64,000 nucleotides of DNA from Podarcis erhardii (Eukaryota). The stretch is taken from assembly GCA_964252035.1 (NCBI GenBank), contig OZ176202.1. One strand, written 5' to 3'. Position numbers and translations under genes: made by a program. Below are positions 25,806 through 36,283 of the stretch, one piece after another (position 1 is the first letter of the stretch; each line of letters starts with the position of its first letter). The notes under the pieces were generated by a model. That model was not told the DNA's origin and ran no database searches. It saw only the letters and a list, made by a program, of their open reading frames with translations.

Positions 25806-25838
25806 CTGTCTCTGTCTGTTTAACCCAGTTTTACACTG
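25806..25838 (-). CDS. KIDINS220: KIDINS220 33-nt cassette microexon (QCKTGLNRQRQ)
   Basis: Long U-rich tract, AAG|CAG acceptor, CAG|GTACAG donor; resembles the remembered rodent PCDSGFNKQRQ exon. Confidence 0.7.
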
Positions 25839-28048
25839 CTTTAAGAAAAAGGACAAAAAAAAGTGACACAGCTTAACATGAAACATGAAAAAAATGCCAT
25901 TAAAGAATGAGCTAGTATGGTTATTAAAATTTCTTCGTCAAAGTGATGGAGGATAAACAGCTGGGATTTCTTTTAAAAGTGGAATACCTCCTGATTAACA
26001 CATGCTAGACAAGGTCCAAAGAACTGTTCTACACACCCAAGGGGATTCTGTGTTTCTCCAATAATTCCATGTTGCATTGCAAACCGATGTTGGGCTTTCG
26101 AAATCAGTTTCTGATATGGTATCACTGATCATAACCCCACAGTGCAGTCTCAGGCCCTCAGAGACACTTAGAGCAACTGTTTGACAACACGGTATGCACT
26201 GGAGAACTTTTTATGCACCTCTGCAGCTGGTTACACTCTTGATCTGCGGTGAAATTCGTGCAAAGCAAGGGCAGCCAAGCTTTGGCTCTCCCATTGCTGT
26301 TGAACTCCAACTCCCATCATTCCTTGCTGGCTGGGGCTGACGGGAGATGGGAGACCAACAACATCTGCAGGGTCACAGCTTTGCCACCCCTGCTATGGAG
26401 GGCTATTAAGGCACAGAAGTCTGTGTAAAAAAATATCATGAAAACTCAGGGCTTCCAAGTTCAAAATGGTATCCAATACTGCCTGCGCAGACCTCCGTTC
26501 CCACAGCAGGACTCGCCTTCCCCTCCTCCCCTCTACAGCCTTCATGTGCCTGGAAAATCTGCTCTGGAAGGTACCCCAGCTCTCTGGAACAGATTTTGAG
26601 AGCATTCTGAGGTTTGGAGAGAGGAGGAGAGTAAGGTGAAGACCCACTGTGCACAAGTGAATACTGTCCTTGTTGAACTGTGTTTTACTCAAGAGTAAAC
26701 CCACTTAGATTAACAAACACCACGAAGTTAAGGCCATTGTTTTCAACAGGTCTATTCTGAGCAAAACGTGAGTTCAATTCCACCCTTCATATTTATACAA
26801 ATAAAATACTTGATTTATTGCAAACAGGGATTGTAATCCAGCAAACGTTTCCTCCAGGTGTAGCTAGGTTTTTACTATTATTGCAATGGCCAGTGCTGGA
26901 GGTTCCTTGCTTTTACTGCTGATAACAAGACCTAGCTTTATACTCAATTCAGGGCCATGGGTATAGTACCAATCTCTTTCACTGAGAGGAATCCAGCAAG
27001 AGTCCCACTGAAAGCAGTTACTTCAGTGTGACTTAGCCCATTATGTTAAACAGTTCTGCAGAACCCATAGCAGGATTTATTATTATTACATGCATAGTGC
27101 CATTGGGGTGAAATACTAGAATCATGCCTGTACCATGCTTCAACATGAATGACACTCAATTTTTAATGCAAACTGAATCCCTCATTTTCACATCATTTAT
27201 TAATGCTAGCTTCTTTTGGTAATGCTTTCCTTCTACCTTGCTTTGGTCTTTTCTAAATAGCAAAATGTAAAGGTATTATGTTTAATAAAACCAATTTTGT
27301 CCATTCTACTGGTACAATCACCTTGTAATCTATCAAGTTTTTATAACACTTATTGTAGTGACTGCCTGGGAGAATGTAAAAAAAGAACTTAGAATTTTGA
27401 TGAGACAAATATTTTAAAACATTTGAGCAAAACTGACACCTTCTTCAAACTTCAGAAAACTGTGAGGTTGAGGTCACTCATACTTTCTCAAATAATCACT
27501 AGGAAATAATTAAAATCTTACTATACAATCAGGTAAGCACCTTTTAATTAATTCAAATGCACTAGTGAATAAAAAGAAAGATAGCAAGGGAAAGAAAGTA
27601 TATTTTATCGGTATCATAAAGCTGTTATAAAAAGGGAACTTACTATCTATGGGGGGTAAACCATCTTATATCAGATTGAACAGGAGAAAAACAGGCTCCA
27701 TGCAACTACTCAAAAGTTTCTCCTATCTGTTTATATGAATGCTTCTATATATACCCTTCCCTGTGAATAATTATCATTGTACTCAAACATATGTTAGGCT
27801 GGATTCCCAAATCCATAACATAACATAATCATTCCAACTTTTATCCAACTTTTATCTTTTATTCCAACTTTTATCTTTATTATCCATGGACTTGTCTCAC
27901 TCAAGACTTGCACCAGTAATGGCCAATGTGGTGGCAACAAGAGAAAGGAAGGAATCTGCTGTCACTGAACAACAGGTGTGAAGGGAGAAGAGGCAGGCTA
28001 GGTCATTTTGCTGGACCCATACCCATTATGCAGGTGATTCGTCTACAC

Positions 28049-28157
28049 CAGTGTTTCCCAACAATTGCCATCATCCCTGACCACTGGTCTTGCTAGCAAG
28101 GGATGATGGGAGTTGTAGTCCAAAAACAGCTGGAGACCCAAGGTTGAGAAACACTAA
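28049..28157. mobile_element. hAT-Charlie-like MITE
   Basis: TIRs CAGTGTTTCCCAAC / GTTGAGAAACACT; internal CCATCATCCC...GGGATGATGG hairpin shared with other copies. Confidence 0.65.
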
Positions 28158-29002
28158 GTCTGCGCTACCATAAGCTATAAACAAGGTGGAAGTGATGCAG
28201 TGAATTTTGATGGAATCCTCCTCTTATTCTCTAAAATATTTGGAAGAAGGTGGGAGAGGCTGAGTTTATCCTGCATGAGTATTTAGACTATGATCAGAAA
28301 ACAAAAATCATACAACCGAAAGCTGTTGCAGAAAAACAGGATAAAGCCATTGAGAGAAGGGTGACCATCCAAGTTCAAATCAACAACTTTAAAATAGATT
28401 TAAGAGTTAGAAGTTTTGGAAGTAAGATCCGAGTTTAATGCTAATCTATGGAGATATTTGTATGCCAAGAACAACTATGATAGAATGTAAAATGCAAAGC
28501 CTGCCTATTCCTAAGGCTCAAGACAGGCACCTTCCATTCTCATGGCAACTGACCAGCTTTATGTCTTGTCGACTGCAGCAGCTTTATGCCCTGACATAAC
28601 TAAGAAAGGGCAGATATAAATTATTTGGCTAAAACACTTAGAGAAGGCATCAACCAGTCACTTTTATGTAAGTGAATAGCTAATAGCCTAATTCCCTTCT
28701 ACTAGCCAGGGCAATACTGCTAATGAAGACAGAACACACTGTACTCTACTGAAAACACTGTACTCCACAGACTACAGAAGTCTAGCAAGGGAAAGACAAA
28801 TACAATATGCATTATAAGTAGAATATTAGCTCGTACTCTTGTACTCATTCACAAACTATGTTCATTAGTCTTCATCTATTCTATTTGCTCATCAAGCCAC
28901 CAATGCAGTGTTAGTGAACTGCCATGGTCATTCAAGCAGACTCATTACTGTTGAAGAAGCAATGAGATGCTAAGGATCCACACCACATGACTACTCATTT
29001 AC

Positions 29003-29059
29003 CATTGAGGGGCCTGTGGGTGAAGGAAGCCACTCAGCATCCTCCTCCTTGATAACATC
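29003..29059 (-). CDS. KIDINS220: KIDINS220 57-nt cassette exon (DVIKEEDAEWLPSPTGPSM)
   Basis: Phase 0-0; homologous to human EVIKEDAAEGLSSPTDSSR. Confidence 0.9.
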
Positions 29060-30050
29060 CTAACAACAACAACAAATTATTACGATTTGGACAAAACGGT
29101 TAAGCATGCAACAAAAGTATGAAGGAACAATGGATGAAAAGAATATATCATTCTGCAAAAGAACTGGTTTTCGGTTTTTAAGGGGTGAGGAACGTTAAGA
29201 CTTGCAAGAACATGATGTGGCTCGACAAGGCTTTTTCCCCAGATCTGTGAAAAAGAACCGTGCATGGCCACTGTGAGTTGGTTCCCAGCACTCAATCAGG
29301 AACAGTTTGCACCCCTCTACTCTTCCCTTTGCATGCTTCAATTCCCTACATTACTTCCGGGTTAGCAGGAAGCCATTGTTTGCCATTACACATCACTGCT
29401 AGGCAAACAATGACTTGTGTGGAGCATAGTTTGTCCACAAATCAGAACTTGAAATGAAGCAAAAGAGGAAGAGGCATGTGAACGCAAGGCTCATTCATGT
29501 TCTGGCCAAGCATTATATCCGAACTGAGCGCCTGTGATGACTCAGCAGTAGATCAGTCATTCCCGGGAACTGGGAAGAAATGCTCTTTCAGATTAGAAGT
29601 CTTTGCAGGTCAATAGTGGTCCACAGGCTATAACTGCCTACTACTAGGTTTTGAAGATGTTTACAATAACATTTTTATAAACTCCGTACAGCTTTGCCTG
29701 AAAGGCACCTATATTCCACAGCTGAAGTAGCTTAATAATTTTCTTAATACTTCCTATTTAAAGAACATAGTACAATGTGATTTCCTGTTAAGAAATTTTT
29801 AATTTATGGAATTATGGCACCATTTCACAAATGTGATTAAAAGTTCAATTTATATGCTGAAGGAAAATTCAAATTCTAGAACTTGCCCAAACCAAAAACA
29901 AAACATATTTTGCTTTATATCTGAATGTTAGCATACAAATTTTTAATCCACAGCTTCCCCTTTGTCATTATGGTTTGCTATTTTCTTAAATCTAAACAAA
30001 AAAGAACCTTTAGGTTGTATCCAACACTGTACAAAAGGAGGCCTGCTCAC

Positions 30051-30143
30051 ACCACATGACTTCCCCTTCCTCTCCTTCTCCCCAAAATCTGCTTTTGGGA
30101 GTCCCCCAACACTCTGGAGCAGATTCTGAGAGTGTGTAGGCAG
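30051..30143 (-). CDS. Candidate extra 93-nt KIDINS220 cassette exon (LPTHSQNLLQSVGGLPKADFGEKERKGKSCG)
   Basis: Very strong acceptor TTTCCCCTCCCCCTGCCCTCTGCAG, donor GGT|GTGAGC, phase 0-0, no stop. Confidence 0.45.
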
Positions 30144-30593
30144 CTGCAGAGGGCAGGGGGAGGGGAAATAAAATTCTGTTGTGCAAGCAGAACAGCAGTG
30201 TTGGGTACAACCATTATCTTTCTGTAGTCTATAAGTGGCTTAACATTAATCATTTTATTCTAGCAAACGACACCTAAATTCACAATAAGTTAACTACACT
30301 TATTACATACTATAAACAGAACCTCTACATTTTCACTCTATAAAAATATTCTGTAAGACTCTTACATATTACTCTTAACACTAGAGTTCAAAATTTCTAT
30401 GTATATAAACTTGTTTAAAAGTTTGAAAAAAACACATTTTACAATCTTAGTTAACCTTGGCTTTAATTTTTATAAAAGATATTTTTTAAAATTGCTTGTG
30501 CATTTATGTGCTCACATCAAACATCTATTGCTGAATTATTGACTAATCTTATTTTGTAAGTTAGCATGTTCACGTACTGTTTGAGATACTTAC

Positions 30594-30704
30594 TAGACCA
30601 CTGCTCTGTTCCCTGGACATACTCGTTTTTAGTGATGGACGTGAGATGAGATGAGAACTGCCAGGATAATACCTTGGCATGTAAACATATGGGGCAAAGA
30701 ATGG
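30594..30704 (-). CDS. KIDINS220: KIDINS220 cassette exon (PFFAPYVYMPRYYPGSSHLISRPSLKTSMSREQSSGL)
   Basis: 111 nt, phase 0-0; homologous to human PFFAPYLYTPRYYPG... Confidence 0.96.
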
Positions 30705-32518
30705 CTATGGAAAAAAACATGCAACAAAAAGGGACCATTACAAAAATCAAAAGAAAACTTAATTCAACAAATACAACTTATTTAAGAATGTAAAACATAA
30801 AAGTAAAACACATACACACACACACAAAATTTACTTGAGGTAATTCTAACAATCCTATTTTGAATATTATCAAAGGTGAAATAATTAGGTAGTTACATAC
30901 CCAACTTGAAGCCAATGAGAGATTTCCAATTTAGTTCAATGAGACACAAACAGTAGGACAATGGAACATTTTTATAATGAATTATGAAAACATCTATACA
31001 CCTTCCAAAAGCAATTAAATGAGACAATTTAGAGCAAATACTAAAATCAGACAGTTTAATTCCATCCTAATACTTGAATAATCTCACGGGAATAAATGTG
31101 ACTTGAGGACTATGGCTTAAGTATCTAGGAAGTGTTCCACGGGTGAATTCAAGAGACAATTTGTGTTATTCAATTCTCATCAATTTTAGAATTCAGACTG
31201 CTTCTCAAACCTTGTCAGGTGTAACTTGAAAAATCCTTGTGATGGAGACCTCTAATATTAAAAAACTTAGTGACTGGCCAATTCATGACTATGCATGTAT
31301 CCGGGTCTACATCTGAAGGGTTCAAGCCCAACATTTACAGAACAATCCTATACATGTCTACACATTTGTGAGTTCAATGAGACTTACATGCAGAGATAAC
31401 TGGCTATAAAGTTGCAGTCTTAATCCAGATTGTGTGATGAAGTCAACACAAACAGGTTTTTGCAGGGTTTGAACGCAATCCCCATGTTTGGACGATCACA
31501 TATTAGCTTAATAAGCAGAGATAAGAACAAATATTTTGCCTGCACATACAAACCTTTCACTCTTTAAAAAAAGAGCCCTCTAGTTAGCCAAAGTTCCCAG
31601 ACTATTCACCAGTGTTTGAGGCTGGTTTACTATAATGGCTTTTTCCAAAGCTAAGCTAGCAAGCACAGTTTCCTGGTTTGAGCTACATGATTCATGGTCT
31701 GATTGCTCACGCTGCAAAGAGAAGAAAAGGCTGTGTGTGCAGGCAAAAGGCTCATTTGCATCTCATTTCAAGCCAAAATATGGTCACCCATACTAGGTTG
31801 ATGAACTATTCTACATGCATCCAGATTGCAAAACAGCACCCTGGTTGAACACACTTTTCAGAGATTGGTTTGTGTAGCACTTGGCAACCTGGTAAACCAT
31901 TGAGAAGACTAGTTCAACACGTGCCATAACTCCATACTTGTAAGTGAGCTTTGCACATTCTAAGCAGCCAACATTACGCCCTTTACCTGCTGTTGGAATC
32001 CAATTCCGATCAAAACCAGCTAGTATGGCCCATGGTCAGGGATGATAGGAGTTGCGAGTCCAACAACATCTGGAGGGCACCAGGCTGGGGAAGCCGCTTT
32101 AACCTATGAGCGACCCTATAAACAACCTTCCTTCTATGCAGTTACCAAAACCATGGAGCCTAATCTTTCTTCCATTTGTCTACTTCCTGCAATTACGTAA
32201 AGATTTATGGCTACCGATAGTCTTGTTCAAACGTGCATGTTCAAAACCAGCACACTAAAAGAGACAAAATCCTTTTTTAAAAATTCTGAACATATTCCAA
32301 AATATTTCATCATTGTTGCATCATTCGAACCAAAAGTGCATTTCTTCAGAAACTTAGCCCAATGGTTGAGATTTGCTGTGTACTTATGAATAAAAATGCT
32401 ATTGTTTTCATCAGTTTTCTGCTGAAGAAGTGTGGCATTTTAAACAAAGTATTTATTATACCAGGAAAATCATCATCATCATCATACGTCAATTTTCAAA
32501 AGCAGCTTTCTTTCTTAC

Positions 32519-32745
32519 TCTATTATAGAATGGATGCTGAGGTCCAGTCATGCCACTGTAGTAGCTGCTGTGAGGCTGTGGAGATACAACTCCTGCATTA
32601 AAAGGCCCATTAAAGGAGTGTGTTGAAGAGCAGGCTGAGGAAGGCTGGCTAAACACCGACGATGCTCTAGGAGCTGCCTCTTGCAAAGGTAACGTGGGAT
32701 ATGGGATTGCTCCAATGTTAATTTGGTCTCTTGCAGCACGGACAT
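32519..32745 (-). CDS. KIDINS220: KIDINS220 exon, proline-rich region ([10 protein letters not shown]...QHPFYNR)
   Basis: 227 nt, phase 1-0, AG/GT bounded. Confidence 0.98.
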
Positions 32746-33655
32746 CTGAAATATTTAATTTGCAAAAGTAATCAGCAAGCATTGCCAATAACATATAATC
32801 TAAAAATCAAAACAAAGGACACAATTAGAGCTTCCTGGCAAATTGTTGCACGTTCTGTTCTCTCTCTGGAGACAGAAGTGGATTCAGCATTAAGATCAGT
32901 CTCTCTCTCCCAGAACCAGAGGAAGAACAAAAACTTGGAAGGTCTTGACAGAACAAGGGCTTTCCTTTCTTTCTCCAGACCTCTTAGTTCAACACTGAGA
33001 ACGCAGAATCTCAATAAAATAAAATAAATTTAAGAGCTGACCCCTGGTTCCTCGAACCCCTGTTATATATGAGTACTGCTCCATTATGGAGAGCAATGAA
33101 AACAGCAAGGATCAGTGGCAGCTGGTCCTTATTGGTCCTGGCAGAAGACAGGGCAGCAAATGGTAGATAAAGCCAGTGGTAGACACGCCCCATTCTACTG
33201 GTTCTGCTCCTCTCAAATTACCTTGCGAGAATTATGAATGAAGGACCTTCAAGAAAGTGGTGTGTCTCCACACTACTTCTATAAGGAGAGGGGCAACCAA
33301 ACCTCAAAAAAGAGTAAGGAAAGTAGGGGGGGTGGATAAGACATTTGTCAAATCCCCCCACCCCATCCCAACAGGAAGCAGACTAAAGGGGCAGTTTCAT
33401 ATTACCTCTTGCTCCCTATTTTTGCTGCTGCAGCTAACAAACATATGGAAGAAGGGAAAATGCTAAGGGGAGACGCTGGTGATGCTAAGCACCCCCTCCC
33501 CTCAGCTCCCTTCACCCACTGCATTGTCCTCTATTATAAATAATAATAATAATAAATAGACTCACTCACTGAGATGTTTTTTTCCTGATGCTTGGCTTCA
33601 TTCCACCTCCACTCCAAGTTCCCTCTCTCTCTGTCTTTCTGTCTGTTACTGTCTG

Positions 33656-33664
<9 letters not shown>

Positions 33665-33702
<38 letters not shown>
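33665..33702. repeat. (CA)19 microsatellite
   Basis: Direct reading. Confidence 0.97.
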
Positions 33703-33703
<1 letters not shown>

Positions 33704-34053
33704 CCAAGGCTCTTAAATGATATAAATATAAAGGCAAGTGACAGCCTTCTAGCCTTTTCCTCTTTTCCTCATATTCTGAAGGGACAGAAGACAAAAACTG
33801 GAAAATGCAGCAACTGAATTGGTTGGAGACACTGATTAAGACCACCATACCACGGTGCCAATTGCCATGTCCTGAAAAACTCCTGAATGTTAACAACAAT
33901 GGGAAGATGTCCACAAAACCTGCTGCCCATCACACCAGATGGGTCCAATTTCTTCTGGTGCACAGACTCATTAAGAGGAAAAGATTGCTGGAAAGGAAAC
34001 GACCAATGCAACAAACACATCCCACCCCATGATGGATTGCTTTGCATGATGGA

Positions 34054-34279
34054 CAGTCATATCTTGCTTCTCGAATTTAATCCGTTCTGGGATTCAACAC
34101 CCAAAATGGTTCGAGAACCAAGTCACAGCTTCCAATTGGCTGCAGGACCTTCCTGCAGCCAATCGGAAGCCGCGACGGACGTTTGGCTTCCAAAAAACAT
34201 AACAATCACTTCCAGTTTTCAATCGTTTGAGAGTCAAAACGTTCGAGTTTAAAGGCGTTTGGCTTCCAAGGTATGACTG
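34054..34279. mobile_element. Tigger/pogo-like MITE with central palindrome
   Basis: TIRs CAGTCATATCTTG / CAAGGTATGACTG, right TA; 20-bp arms 34128-34147 and 34151-34170 with one mismatch. Confidence 0.75.
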
Positions 34280-35280
34280 TATTCTGTCCTATTCTTTAGG
34301 GTCCTAAACATATCTAAGGCTTGTCACTTTGTCTATTTAGAGCATGTAAGTTGAAGGCATTAAGGGACAAATGAATTCTTGAGGCTTGTGAAAGGCGGAA
34401 TTCATCCTGGGAACATTGAAAATGCTTCAGTGGAAAGAATTGGGCCTTCAGTGGAGCAGAGAGGGAGAAAAACTGACCTCACTACAGTGAGGTACTGTGG
34501 CACAGGTTTGTCTCCTGTCTCATCACAAAGAAAACCAACTTATTCTTGAAGAACCCTTCCAACCAAATAGAAAAGGACACAAAACCATTCATGCTGGGCT
34601 GCTAAGTACACAGTTGCTTTCATGCTTCCTGCGCTGGCTCTCAGGAGATACTAGTCATTCTCAAAGAGCACTTCTCATCAGAACGGCTCTGCAAGGCCAT
34701 GGGTTAACAAGTCAGAGTTAGAGCAGGCCTTTTCAAGAATCACCTATATGGTAGTCCTATCCCCAAGTCCAGTAGGATATAAGAGTACCCGATGTCCTCC
34801 TGGCTCTCACTTAAAAAATAGTAATATTCCCAACGCCCTGGAGAAATAAAAGTGAGTGTGGCTTTGGAAGGAGAGGCACAAAAGACCTCCCTCAAAAGAA
34901 ACTGGGAACGAGCCTCCTCTCTCCAGACTTCCATGTTTATTCTTGCCTATCTGGGTCAAGAGGAAAGGCTTATATTGATGCAGAATACACTGCCTCCAAA
35001 GGGAGAGCTGCCTTTCAAGATGTTATACATCATGTACATACTGTATATGTATGCAGTGCTTTTTTTCTAAAAAAATAATATATGTTTAGGGGTACTCTCA
35101 TTTTGACTCAAGAAAATCACCATTTTATAGTTCAAATCGGGGGAAATAAATACAGTAAATGGACAAAAGTACGAAGATTCACAAAATGTTTATGGGTATG
35201 CGTATCCCTGTGTCCCCCCAGAAAAAAACCACTGTACATATGCATGTGTTATATGCTAACATACAAAAATTATAGTTACA

Positions 35281-35500
35281 GGTAGGTAGCCATGTTGGTC
35301 TGCCGTAGTCAAAACAAAATAAAAAAATTCCTTCCAGTAGCACCTTAGAGACCAACTACGTTTGTTATTGGTATGAGCTTTCGTGTGCATGCACACGTAT
35401 CTGAAGAAGTGTGCATGCACACGAAAGCTCATACCAATAACAAACATAGTTGGTCTCTAAGGTGCTACTGGAAGGAATTTTTTTTATTTTGTTTCAAATA
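35281..35500. mobile_element. Penelope-like (pLTR-derived) palindromic element
   Basis: ~85-bp inverted arms 35312-35396 and 35409-35494 differing by one substitution and one A-run length; carries a hammerhead core. Confidence 0.7.
35397..35434 (+). ncRNA. Minimal type I hammerhead ribozyme motif
   Basis: GTAT-CTGAAGA-A-GTGTG(CATG)CACAC-GAAA-GCTC|ATAC: CUGAnGA box, stem II, GAAA box, self-complementary AGCU stem III, NUH triplet, 4-bp stem I. Confidence 0.65.
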
Positions 35501-36104
35501 CAAAAATTATGTTACACTGGAAGGGGGAAACCCAACCATTTCCAGTCTGTTTCTCTAGCTGCCTGAAAGGACAACATACGAGAGCTTGTAAAGCAGCCCT
35601 TACAGAAACAATATTCAGCACTACAGAATACATATGTGTATTCTGGTTTTCTCAACAGGAAATACCTACATAAAATATCTCTTAATTCCTCTGTGACAGT
35701 GTATCTCCTGCATTATAAGCACTGCTAGGATTTTATATGCTAAATTCTAGAGACTAGTAGTTCGAACACTAACAATGGGAGATTTAACTACAATAATAAT
35801 ATGCAGTTCTTGTCAAATTGACACATTACATATGGACCAAAGAAGGTGGGCAATGCTTTTTATAAAGAATTGCCAGTCCTTTATTCATTCATTACTAGAA
35901 GGGTAAAACATACTCAATTCTGAATAGTGATCATGTACTTGGGATTTGTGCTGCCGTGTTTCTGTTACTGTCCTTGTGTACGTTATTCGTTTTGATAACA
36001 CAAATATCTCTTTCTTAGAAAAGTAATTTATTTTATTTATTCATTTCATTACACTGATGTTGGTATTAAAAGCTTTCCTGTTGGATGGTCAAATGGCAGT
36101 TTAC

Positions 36105-36283
36105 CTGCAATAATTTCTCGGAGTTTTGGATCAAGGTTCACTGTACATGGAAGAAAGGTTTTTACATCACGTGCTATAAGGACTGGAGTTCGTGAAGACA
36201 AAAATACTTCAAAGTTGCGAATATCCCCATCAATTTCAAGCAGAGGTTCGACATCTTTAGTTGTTGGAATATTCTTTGAAATT
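36105..36283 (-). CDS. KIDINS220: KIDINS220 exon ([10 protein letters not shown]...KLREIIA)
   Basis: 179 nt, phase 2-1. Confidence 0.98.

Noticed and set aside
17949-27880. Short tandem duplications at 17949-17980 (16 bp x2), ~22409-22450 and 27832-27880
   Set aside because: Ordinary slippage products.
28900-28947. Acceptor followed by TAA TGA just after the 57-nt exon
   Set aside because: The implied intron would be only 55 nt, too short for normal vertebrate splicing.
32421-32440. Second CTGAAGAAGTGTG hammerhead-like start
   Set aside because: No stem II partner or GAAA box follows.
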